A stretch of DNA of 63,726 bases. Source: Candidatus Kaiserbacteria bacterium (GTDB taxonomy: Bacteria; Patescibacteriota; Minisyncoccia; Phycocordibacterales; UBA918). Positions 28,848 through 37,050 of this stretch are shown here, piece after piece (positions within the stretch are counted from its first letter, which is position 1; every line of letters begins with the position of its first letter). A program made the position numbers and the translations under genes. Where the stretch lies: assembly GCA_020428905.1 (NCBI GenBank), contig JAGQLY010000002.1, positions 1-63,726 of the forward strand, written 5' to 3'. The notes beneath the pieces were generated by a model that searched no databases, had not been told where the DNA came from, and was given only the letters and a program-made list of their open reading frames with translations.

Positions 28848-28892
28848 CATACACAGGGCTATTAATAAAGGGGTTGGTTATAAAAAATTATC

Positions 28893-29987
28893 ATGATGCA
28901 TGTAACAGCAGACACACAGGGGCTTAGGAAGGTTCTTGAGATTGCTTCCCGAGTGAGCACAAAACACCTCACACTCCCAGTACTTCAGTGTGTTCTTCTT
29001 AAGGTGGTTGGTTCAACACTAACTATAAGTGCAACTAATCTTGAGATAGGTGTTGTAGGGTCACTTTCGGTAGAAGTTGGAGGTGATGGTGAAGTGGCTG
29101 TCCCCACACAAACACTTCTACAAACAATAAATCTTAATACACAAAAACACACCACACTATCACTTGAGGGAGAGGTGTTACATGTTGAAACAAAAACATC
29201 AAAAACAGCAATAAAAAGTGTCTCTACTGAGGAATTTCCACATATTCCACAAGTCACAGAAAACACCCAGTCAATAAATGGGGTGTTGTTTGCACAAGGT
29301 ATCAAGACCACTGTGTTTGCTGCATCTCAGTCGTCTATTAAACCTGAGTTGGGATGTGTGTATGTCTTTCAAAAAAAAGAGCATACACTCACCTTCACCA
29401 CAACAGACTCATTTCGTTTGATTGAAAAAACTGCTCCACAGCACGGATTTATACTCCAAGACTCTCTTCTTATTCCATATAAAAATGCTCTAGAGATTGC
29501 CCGAGTCGCTGAACTTGCTGAAGATGTGGTTATGTTTTCTACCAACGAAAACCAATGTGCACTCACGGTGGGAAATATATACATCACCTCACGACTCACC
29601 AACGGTTCGTTTCCGGATTATGAACAAATTATCCCTAAGGAATATGTGACACATAGTACAGTGCTTACCAGTGATTTCCTTCACGCTCTTAAAAAAACAA
29701 ATATCTTTCTAAATAAATTTATGCAACTTACTGTGGTGGTAGATACAGAATCACTCACACTCTCTGCACAGAGTGGTGAAGTGGGCACCACCACTGAGTC
29801 ACTGCATGCTGCAACTGAAGGAGATGCTATTACACTCAACTTCAATCAGCGGTATATAGCAGAGGTACTCCCACACATTACCGATGATAGTATCACCCTT
29901 CATTTTGCTGGTGTGGGGAGACCAATGGTGATTGAGAGTGTGCATGATAAATCTATGCGATATTTGGTAATGCCGATGAATAAGTAG
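28893..29987 (+). CDS. dnaN: DNA polymerase III beta sliding clamp
   Basis: 364 aa. LPVLQCVLLKVVGSTLTISATNLEIG ... FTTTDSFRL ... YLVMPM, directly after dnaA. Confidence 0.9.
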   Translation: MMHVTADTQGLRKVLEIASRVSTKHLTLPVLQCVLLKVVGSTLTISATNLEIGVVGSLSVEVGGDGEVAVPTQTLLQTINLNTQKHTTLSLEGEVLHVETKTSKTAIKSVSTEEFPHIPQVTENTQSINGVLFAQGIKTTVFAASQSSIKPELGCVYVFQKKEHTLTFTTTDSFRLIEKTAPQHGFILQDSLLIPYKNALEIARVAELAEDVVMFSTNENQCALTVGNIYITSRLTNGSFPDYEQIIPKEYVTHSTVLTSDFLHALKKTNIFLNKFMQLTVVVDTESLTLSAQSGEVGTTTESLHAATEGDAITLNFNQRYIAEVLPHITDDSITLHFAGVGRPMVIESVHDKSMRYLVMPMNK

Positions 29988-30019
29988 TTTTTGGTGTAAT
30001 TATATAGAGAGGTATAGTT

Positions 30020-30307
30020 ATGGCACGTGGGGAAGGAATTAAAAAAATCAAAGATCTCTTTTTTGTATATACACAGCGATTACAAGCACCACAACGGACC
30101 GTTATTCAATCATTTTGTGAGGTTGTGGAGGAGCTTCTGGGTGTGCCTCTAGAAACAAATACATGCCGATACGCTCCACATACCCGCACCATTACCTGCA
30201 CACTACCTGGACCGATCAAAACAGAGATATTACTTCGAAAGAAAGAAATACTCACACATATTACCGGTAGACTTGGGGTACAAAATGCTCCTAAAGATAT
30301 ACTCTAA
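30020..30307 (+). CDS. Small protein after dnaN, possibly DUF721/DciA-like
   Basis: 95 aa. The C-terminal pattern TITCTLPGPIKTEILLRKKEILTHITGRLG resembles the 'L.V.v.s...a.EL......il..in..lG' end of DUF721. The position next to dnaN is typical for that family. Weak, by eye only. Confidence 0.35.
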   Translation: MARGEGIKKIKDLFFVYTQRLQAPQRTVIQSFCEVVEELLGVPLETNTCRYAPHTRTITCTLPGPIKTEILLRKKEILTHITGRLGVQNAPKDIL

Positions 30308-30342
30308 AAATCCACCCAAAAGATAGTATACAGAAAAGGAGA

Positions 30343-32529
30343 TTATTCATTACCAGATGCTGTGTTGGTGAGAAGTTGCGATTTCCACACAGACACCGGG
30401 TACTCCCACAAAACAAACTGCGGATCTTGGGCTGGATTTTTGGGAGAGGGCCCTGTTGGGTCGTTTTTGTTTATGTAATAGAGAATAGAGTGTGCACTTG
30501 CGATGGTGTCTTCAACACTAATACTAGGGACACCTCGCCGACTGTTTTTTTCAGAAATAAGCCCTGAAGGATCAAACCAAATTCCTGAGAGGATTGGTTT
30601 TTCGTCCGGATTTGGTGTGGGCGGCTCAGGGAAGGTGTCTGCAGGATATTTTTCCAACGCAATATCCATGAACGCACGCCAGAGTGGAGTAATGATAAGA
30701 CCGGACAACTCGTTCATCGAAGAGTTATCATTATTTCCTGCCCACGCACCAACCGCAAGATGGGTGGTGTAGCCGAGCACCCACGCATCGCGCTTGTCGT
30801 TTGTGGTACCAGTCTTTGCTGCAACAGCATCGCCGCCAAAGTAGAGTGGTGAGTTTGCACCATAGAGCGGTGTACGGGCAGTATTATCTGAAAGCACACT
30901 AGAGATTTGAAGAGCCACCTCTCGATCGAGAACTGGTTGGGGTGTTGGACTGAACTCCTCAATAGTATTTCCTTCACTATCTTCAATACGAAGTACCCCA
31001 ACTGGAGTATTTTTTACTCCCTCGTTTGCGAAGACGCTATATGCACCAACCATATCAATAAGACGCACTTCACCGCCACCAAGTACTAATGTAAGGCCGT
31101 ATTGGTCTGGGTTGGTGAGCGTAGTAATACCCAAATCTCGTGCAAGTCGAATTGATGGCGCGATACCTGCAAGGTAAAGCACTTTTACTGCGGGAATGTT
31201 GAGGGATTGTGCAAGTGCGTTGCGAAGTGACACAGGACCGCGGAATTGGTTGTCATAGTTGTGTGGCGAGTAACATCCACCTTCGGAGGTGAAGACATTT
31301 GGTGCGCAGGTGGTTGAAAATTGTGTTTCGAGGTCGAACACCGCTGTTTCAGGTGTGTATCCCCTACGAAATGCTTCTGCATACACAAATGGCTTGAAAG
31401 CAGATCCCGGCTGTCGTTCGGCGAGGGCAACATTGAAGTTTCCATCAATTTCTTCATCAAAGTAATCTCGCGACCCAACCATAGTGAGCACTTGGCCGGT
31501 GGTTGGGTCTAGAGCAACTAGCGCAGCGTTTGAGGCGTTAAACTTTGTTTCGTTTTCGTGCGCTTTTTGATTTACGATTTCCTCAGCAGCTTCTTGGAGA
31601 TCCCAATCGAGGGTGGTGATCACCTTAAAACCACGTTCGGCAAGTGCTTCCTCACCATATTTTTCTGCGAGATAGTCTCGGATATAGAACACAAAATGGG
31701 GCGCACGAATTCCGGTCGCAACCTGGGGCAGAAAAGCAACCACTTCTGCGCGGGCGTCGTCGTACTCTTCTTTGGTGATAAACCCGTTGAGAAGCATACG
31801 CTCCAACACCAGGTCTTTTCGTGCATCAAGTTCATCGCGGTGAGATCCATATGGGGAGTAGTAGGTCGGTAGTTGCGGCAAAGATGCAAGATACGCCGCC
31901 TCGGCGAGTGTGACATCAGCAGGAGATTTACCAAAAAATGCCTGACTCGCTTCAGCGACGCCGTAAATAGTTCCCCCATAGGGAGATTCGTTGAGATAGT
32001 ACCCAAGAATTTCATCTTTAGTCAGCACCTGCTCAAGTCGAACAGCAAGAATGGCCTCCTTTATCTTTCGGGTGAGCGTCTTTTCGGGCTCAAGGATTGA
32101 GTTCTTAATCACTTGTTGGGTTATGGTTGAACCACCTGCGCCACTAAAAGGACTGCCGCCGGAGAGAACATTGCTCCACATAGAGCGAAGTATGGCGAGC
32201 GGACGCACTCCCCAGTGTTCAAAAAACGTGTCGTCCTCAATGGCGACTGTTGCGTTTTTTATATGACGAGAGATGGATTCATACGGAACAATAGTGCGGC
32301 GCACATCTTGGTGGAGGTCGTAGAGGAGTATTTCGCCAGTACGGTCGTATATTTTGGTCGACTGAAGTACTCGGCGCTCGTCAAACGAAGAAAGGTCGGG
32401 AATATCAAGTGTTGAGATCCAAAGTAGGCCGGCACCAAAGAGAACACATCCGAGTACTAAAAAGCCGGTAACGAGGTCTGCAGCTAGGTCGCGACCTCGC
32501 TTTTTACGCAGTTTTTGTATAAATCGCAT
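30343..32529 (-). CDS. Class A penicillin-binding protein (glycosyltransferase + transpeptidase)
   Basis: GT51 motifs (AIEDDTFFEHWGV, GGSTITQQVIKN) and transpeptidase motifs (PGSAFKPFVY, KTGTTND). N-terminal TM anchor. Confidence 0.9.
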   Translation of the reverse strand: MRFIQKLRKKRGRDLAADLVTGFLVLGCVLFGAGLLWISTLDIPDLSSFDERRVLQSTKIYDRTGEILLYDLHQDVRRTIVPYESISRHIKNATVAIEDDTFFEHWGVRPLAILRSMWSNVLSGGSPFSGAGGSTITQQVIKNSILEPEKTLTRKIKEAILAVRLEQVLTKDEILGYYLNESPYGGTIYGVAEASQAFFGKSPADVTLAEAAYLASLPQLPTYYSPYGSHRDELDARKDLVLERMLLNGFITKEEYDDARAEVVAFLPQVATGIRAPHFVFYIRDYLAEKYGEEALAERGFKVITTLDWDLQEAAEEIVNQKAHENETKFNASNAALVALDPTTGQVLTMVGSRDYFDEEIDGNFNVALAERQPGSAFKPFVYAEAFRRGYTPETAVFDLETQFSTTCAPNVFTSEGGCYSPHNYDNQFRGPVSLRNALAQSLNIPAVKVLYLAGIAPSIRLARDLGITTLTNPDQYGLTLVLGGGEVRLIDMVGAYSVFANEGVKNTPVGVLRIEDSEGNTIEEFSPTPQPVLDREVALQISSVLSDNTARTPLYGANSPLYFGGDAVAAKTGTTNDKRDAWVLGYTTHLAVGAWAGNNDNSSMNELSGLIITPLWRAFMDIALEKYPADTFPEPPTPNPDEKPILSGIWFDPSGLISEKNSRRGVPSISVEDTIASAHSILYYINKNDPTGPSPKNPAQDPQFVLWEYPVSVWKSQLLTNTASGNE

Positions 32530-32597
32530 ATGGGAATAGTAGCACTGTATTGTCTATATATGAATACAGAATGGGTGTGGTAGAGTTATCCATAATC

Positions 32598-33779
32598 ATG
32601 AAAGTTAATACTGACAGTCAAAAAATAGAAGAGCTGCTTACTCGTGGTGTTGTTGAGACTATTCATAGAGATTCTCTGCAAAGCAAACTCAAAAACGGCT
32701 CCCAACTTCGAGTGAAGCTCGGTATTGATCCGACAAGCCCCGATCTCCATCTTGGGCGGGCTATCCCACTCCTCAAATTACGTGATTTCCAAGAGTTGGG
32801 GCATCAGATAGTGCTCATTGTCGGGGACTTTACTGGCATTATTGGCGATACATCGGACAAAGAGAGTGAACGACCCATGCTCACTCACGAAGTAATCGAG
32901 CACAACATGGAGACATACAAAGAACAGGCGGGGAAACTACTCGATATGGAGAAGGTTGAGTTTCACCACAACTCCGAGTGGCTTGAGAAGCTTACTTACC
33001 GAGAGATTGGTGAACACGCCAACCTCTTTTCCGTTGCTGATTTTATTGCACGAGACAACATCAAACGACGTTTAGACGCCGGTACACGGGTGTCGCTCCG
33101 GGAAGTCTTATACCCTCTCATGCAAGGATATGACAGTGTGGCGGTGTGTGCAGATGTAGAGCTTGGGGGCACCGACCAAAGATTCAACCTTCTTGCTGGG
33201 CGCGCTCTACAACCCCACTATGATCAAGAGCCGCAAAATATTGTTATGACCACCCTCATCAACGGTACCGATGGACGAAAGATGAGCTCAAGTTGGGGTA
33301 ATACCATCACACTCACAATGTCGGCGGATGATATGTACGGCAAGATAATGAGTATGAACGACACCGAGATTGTACCCTACTTCACACTCTGTACGCGCGT
33401 ACCACTTTCTAAAATTGCTGATACGGAAGCCACACTTCTCGCTGACGGAAATCCGCGCGATATAAAGATGGGCCTTGCGCGTGAAATCGTGGGTATGTAT
33501 CACGGTGTTGAGGCCGCTCGGGCAGCCGAAGAAGTGTTTGTGGCGACGTTCCAGCAGGGTGGGATCCCTGAGGACCTTGTTGAGATTGTTGCACCATACA
33601 CCGAAACACTTGTTGCTGCCGGAGTTGTGACATCAAAGTCAGAACTCAGGCGTCTCTTTGATGCGGGGGGTATTCGTAATGCAGAAACCGGAGAAAAGTA
33701 TACTGAATTTCCAAAGTCTCTCGATGCGCCCCTTGTGCTTAAGGTGGGAAAGCGTCGGTTTGTGAAATTGCTCCCATAA
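32598..33779 (+). CDS. tyrS: Tyrosyl-tRNA synthetase
   Basis: GIDPTSPDLHLGRAIPL (HIGH), GTDGRKMSSSWGN (KMSKS-like), C-terminal S4-like tail. Start taken at MKVNTD. Confidence 0.85.
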   Translation: MKVNTDSQKIEELLTRGVVETIHRDSLQSKLKNGSQLRVKLGIDPTSPDLHLGRAIPLLKLRDFQELGHQIVLIVGDFTGIIGDTSDKESERPMLTHEVIEHNMETYKEQAGKLLDMEKVEFHHNSEWLEKLTYREIGEHANLFSVADFIARDNIKRRLDAGTRVSLREVLYPLMQGYDSVAVCADVELGGTDQRFNLLAGRALQPHYDQEPQNIVMTTLINGTDGRKMSSSWGNTITLTMSADDMYGKIMSMNDTEIVPYFTLCTRVPLSKIADTEATLLADGNPRDIKMGLAREIVGMYHGVEAARAAEEVFVATFQQGGIPEDLVEIVAPYTETLVAAGVVTSKSELRRLFDAGGIRNAETGEKYTEFPKSLDAPLVLKVGKRRFVKLLP

Positions 33780-33806
33780 AAAACGCGGCAAGGGCCGCGT
33801 TTTTTA
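33778..33806. terminator. Bidirectional terminator between tyrS and the ruv-operon tail
   Basis: AAAAAACGCGGC-AAGG-GCCGCGTTTTTT. Confidence 0.85.
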
Positions 33807-33828
33807 ACCTGGCAGTGCAACAACCACA

Positions 33829-34164
33829 CTATCCCCACAGAGTGACGAATCCGAAAAAGAGTACAAACTCAATAAAGAAAACCCATAGAGACAACTGGTT
33901 TGCTTGGTGTGCCTTTTTGGGGAGATGTTTTTTCCATCCGTAGTAGAATACTCCACCAGCAATAAGAGGATCGATCGCACAAAGGATAAACACAGCCCAC
34001 CACTCCGCTTTTTTGAGACCGGTATCCGATGTTGGTGTTTGTGTTGTGTTGTGACGGATCCGAATCATATAAGCAGCAGTAAGAATGGTAACAACAATTA
34101 GAAACAACTCCACCAAAGCGTCTACACTTTCCCAAAACAACGACAAATTTGTATCCACATACAT
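33829..34164 (-). CDS. Hypothetical small membrane protein
   Basis: 111 aa with three hydrophobic helices (VELFLIVVTILTAAYMI, WWAVFILCAIDPLIAGGVFYY, LWVFFIEFVLFFGFVTLW). Confidence 0.55.
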   Translation of the reverse strand: MYVDTNLSLFWESVDALVELFLIVVTILTAAYMIRIRHNTTQTPTSDTGLKKAEWWAVFILCAIDPLIAGGVFYYGWKKHLPKKAHQANQLSLWVFFIEFVLFFGFVTLWG

Positions 34165-34204
34165 TTTTTATAGTAGTACTGCGGTTAGTCTAGCACGGCC
34201 AAAA

Positions 34205-34456
34205 CTAGAACTCATCACGATCGTCAAAGGAGTCGTAGTCCATATCCTCTTCGTCTGCGTCATACTCATCGTCTTCGTCGAGGTCGGCATCAAGCGGGTC
34301 GTCGGTATGATCATCTCCGTGTGAGATGTTGTGTTCCGGTGTGTCGTCATCTTCCTCCGCATCTTCATCGAAACCATCATCCGTCAGGGCTTCATCGAGG
34401 TCGTTTTCTTCCTCGTCAGGGTCGTGTGTGAAATTGGTGTGTGCTGAAAAGAGCAT
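34205..34456 (-). CDS. Hyper-acidic 83-aa protein
   Basis: MLFSAHTNFTHDPDEEENDLDEALTDDGFDEDAEEDDDTPEHNISHGDDHTDDPLDADLDEDDEYDADEEDMDYDSFDDRDEF. By my count it has 41 Asp+Glu, one Arg and no Lys. Co-directional with, and downstream of, ruvC. Confidence 0.5.
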   Translation of the reverse strand: MLFSAHTNFTHDPDEEENDLDEALTDDGFDEDAEEDDDTPEHNISHGDDHTDDPLDADLDEDDEYDADEEDMDYDSFDDRDEF

Positions 34457-34557
34457 ACAGTACTAATTACGATTATATATGCACATGTTTCTATCAAAAG
34501 TTTTACCATCCTGCAACTGGGCGATTTCCACAGATGTCGCGGGGTGCAAGAAGGGAT

Positions 34558-35028
34558 CTAGCGAAAGTGAGCAAGGCAAGTGATGCCGACGGCGATGGCG
34601 TCGTATTCGTCATCATGGGCCGTATCTGGGGCGTTGGGGAGAAGTTTGTGCACCATACTAATCACTGCTGCCTTATCACTCTTTCCATAGCCAGTGACTG
34701 CCACCTTGACTTCTTGTGGACCAAATTCGCGCACGGCGCAGCTATGTTGTTTTCCCAAAAAGAGTATGACGCCGCGAGCTTGCGCTACACCAATTGCGGT
34801 TTTTTGATTCCTATTAAAAAATAACGTTTCCACCGCAAGTGCGTCGGGGGTGTGTTTTTTGAGTAATGCCACAAATGCTTCTCCGAGAAACAAAAGTCGA
34901 TCAATGAACGCTGCGCTCTTGGGTGGTTCAATACAACCAGAATACAACAAGACATCGACACCACCAGACCGTTCGAGCACAGCAACACCAAGACGGTCGT
35001 ACCCCGGGTCTACTGCGAGGACTTTCAT
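34558..35028 (-). CDS. ruvC: Holliday junction resolvase RuvC
   Basis: MKVLAVDPGYDRLGVAVLE ... AVETLFF ... DEYDAIAVGITC. Start taken at the internal Met. Confidence 0.9.
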   Translation of the reverse strand: MKVLAVDPGYDRLGVAVLERSGGVDVLLYSGCIEPPKSAAFIDRLLFLGEAFVALLKKHTPDALAVETLFFNRNQKTAIGVAQARGVILFLGKQHSCAVREFGPQEVKVAVTGYGKSDKAAVISMVHKLLPNAPDTAHDDEYDAIAVGITCLAHFR

Positions 35029-35055
35029 AACATCATCATACACAACAAGCACCGG

Positions 35056-35598
35056 TTACGCGTCGGGGGTGTCTGCAGTAGTGTAAATATCCTGCACGTC
35101 GTCCTGTTCTTCGAGTGCTTCAACAAGCGTGGCGAGTTTCTCACCGTCCTCATCGGCAAGATCAAGAGGAGCGGTCGGCACATAGCCATCAGTGGTCTTG
35201 GTAAACGCCCATAGTGCCGAACCGGCAGCACCGAGTTGGTAGCCCGCCTTTGAAAGGATGTGGCGTATCTCGGGGGTGGTACGGTTTGAGTTGTCGGTCA
35301 CTGCGGTGATCACTAATGCAGTTCCGCCTGGTCCGAACGTTTCATAAAGCACCTCTTCCATACTGTCGGCACCACCACCCGCGGCCTTTTGAATGGCACG
35401 ATCAATGTTGTCGTTAGGCATAGACTCTTTACGTGCACGCTCGATGACAGCAAGTACACCCGGAGCGTTCTTATCACCGTTTGCTTTCTTTGCTTCGAGT
35501 GTGATGAGTCGTGCGTACTTGCTGAAGATTTTGCTTTTCTTTGCATCCCCCGCCGCTTTCTTATGTTTTATCTTTGACCACTTATTATGTCCGGACAT
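35056..35598 (-). CDS. YebC/PmpR-family transcriptional regulator
   Basis: MSGHNKWSKIKHKKAAGDAKKSKIFSKYARLITLEAK... The ORF-track frame extends 40 codons upstream. Confidence 0.9.
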   Translation of the reverse strand: MSGHNKWSKIKHKKAAGDAKKSKIFSKYARLITLEAKKANGDKNAPGVLAVIERARKESMPNDNIDRAIQKAAGGGADSMEEVLYETFGPGGTALVITAVTDNSNRTTPEIRHILSKAGYQLGAAGSALWAFTKTTDGYVPTAPLDLADEDGEKLATLVEALEEQDDVQDIYTTADTPDA

Positions 35599-35611
35599 AC
35601 AGTTTATTGTA

Positions 35612-36616
35612 TTAATTGGCGTGTAAGTGTGCGTGCGCGTGTGCGGTTGCGACCCGTCCGCGTGGGGTACGTTCGAGAAGTCCTTGGCGTATGAGATAGG
35701 GTTCGAGCACGCCCTCAATGGTGGACATTTCTTCTCCTGTTGCTGCTGCTATGGTGTTGAGTCCCACCGGACCACCACCAAATTTAGAGATGATGACATC
35801 GAGCACCGCACGATCGGGAGCGCCAAGTCCTAGAGTGTCAATGTCGAGAAGTGTAAAGGTGCGATGTACGATATCCGCGGTCAGTGCTGTTTGTTCGAGT
35901 TGGGCAAGGTCACGGCAACGCTTCAGGAGGTAGTTGGCGGTTCGCGGCGTCGCCCGACAGCGAGACGCAATCGTACGAAGTACGGCCGTGTCGGCACTCA
36001 TTGAGAGGAGTTGCGCCGAACGGGTGAGAATCTCTACGATTTCTTCGTCGGTGTAAAACTCGAGGCGGAAGGTTCCTCCAGAAAAACGAGAACGGAGTGG
36101 TGCAGAGAGAAGAGAGATACGTGTTGTTGCGGCAACGAGCGTGAAGGGGGGGAGCTCAAGTTGCACCGTCCGCGCAGACGGCCCCTTACCAATGATGATG
36201 TCGAGTACCCCGGATTCCATGGCGGGGTAGAGCACCTCCTCGATTGCCTTTGAGAGGCGATGGATTTCGTCGATAAATAGTACGTCCCCGGGGGATAGGT
36301 TTGTGAGGATTGCCGCAAGGTCACCGACGCGCTCAATCGCGGGACCGGATGTGGTGCGCATGTTGGTTCCAAGTGTCTTTGAGATGAGGTGTGCGAGGGT
36401 CGTCTTACCAAGTCCTGGTGGCCCGTAGAGGAGCACATGCTCTGCTGCGTGACCGCGCTCTTTGGCGGCGGTGAGCAAAATACGCAGATTTTCTTTCGTT
36501 TTTGCCTGCCCAACATACTCATCCCAATGTTCAGGACGCAGTGTCTGATCGAGGTTGCCCGCACCGTCTCGCTTAAATTGCGGGCTGTCGTTCTGTGTTG
36601 GTGTGGTGGTGCTCAT
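35612..36616 (-). CDS. ruvB: Holliday junction branch-migration helicase RuvB
   Basis: [51 protein letters not shown]. Start taken at MSTTTP. Confidence 0.9.
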   Translation of the reverse strand: MSTTTPTQNDSPQFKRDGAGNLDQTLRPEHWDEYVGQAKTKENLRILLTAAKERGHAAEHVLLYGPPGLGKTTLAHLISKTLGTNMRTTSGPAIERVGDLAAILTNLSPGDVLFIDEIHRLSKAIEEVLYPAMESGVLDIIIGKGPSARTVQLELPPFTLVAATTRISLLSAPLRSRFSGGTFRLEFYTDEEIVEILTRSAQLLSMSADTAVLRTIASRCRATPRTANYLLKRCRDLAQLEQTALTADIVHRTFTLLDIDTLGLGAPDRAVLDVIISKFGGGPVGLNTIAAATGEEMSTIEGVLEPYLIRQGLLERTPRGRVATAHAHAHLHAN

Positions 36617-36679
36617 AATGGCAGAATAGTATCTATTGTACACCAGAACAGCATCCTCGTACGCGGGAAGGAGTCGGGG

Positions 36680-36708
36680 TTGACAAAATAAAACAGGTAT
36701 GCTAAAAT
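36680..36708 (+). promoter_or_regulatory. Consensus-like sigma70 promoter divergent from ruvB
   Basis: TTGACA (36680-36685), 17-nt spacer, TAAAAT (36703-36708). No ORF of 60 aa or more lies downstream on this strand. Confidence 0.55.
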
Positions 36709-36773
36709 TGTACTCGAAATGCTCGTTTGCTCTCTCGTCCGGAAAGAGCGCGTTCCACTGCACCAATTCCTAA

Positions 36774-36921
36774 TATCCAGGCGATAACCCTCTAAGCAAC
36801 ATTGGTTGCCGTTGCGAGGGTGGTTCGGTACTCGCCATGAGCGTGACCACGGGACTATTTCTTAGTCGCGGAGGCCACTTTCATACCTGAAAGCTTTGCT
36901 TAGAGGGTTATCTACTGGATA
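36774..36921 (+). ncRNA. Candidate structured non-coding RNA of unknown class
   Basis: 36783-36799 is the exact reverse complement of 36896-36912 (17 bp), and 36774-36780 of 36915-36921 (7 bp). The enclosed 96 nt contain three local hairpins. Strand is assigned only from the upstream promoter. Confidence 0.35.
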
Positions 36922-37005
36922 CTTCTAAAGACCATTTTTGGAATATAGCACACCAGATGCGCATCGTCTCTTGACCTGTAGGCAGCAGCGTGTGCGGATG
37001 CGCCC

Positions 37006-37050
37006 AAAAACAAAAGCCGTCGGTTGCACCTGCAACCGACGGCTTTTGTT
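37006..37050. terminator. Bidirectional terminator at the pilB 3' end
   Basis: A-run, GCCGTCGGTTGC-ACCT-GCAACCGACGGC, then a T-run. Confidence 0.85.

Noticed and set aside
36774-36921. 148-bp unit with 26-bp near-perfect terminal inverted repeats interpreted as a MITE
   Set aside because: This is not fully excluded, but there is no flanking target-site duplication and no second copy in this window. A consensus promoter reads into the unit. It is kept as an RNA candidate, with MITE as the stated alternative.
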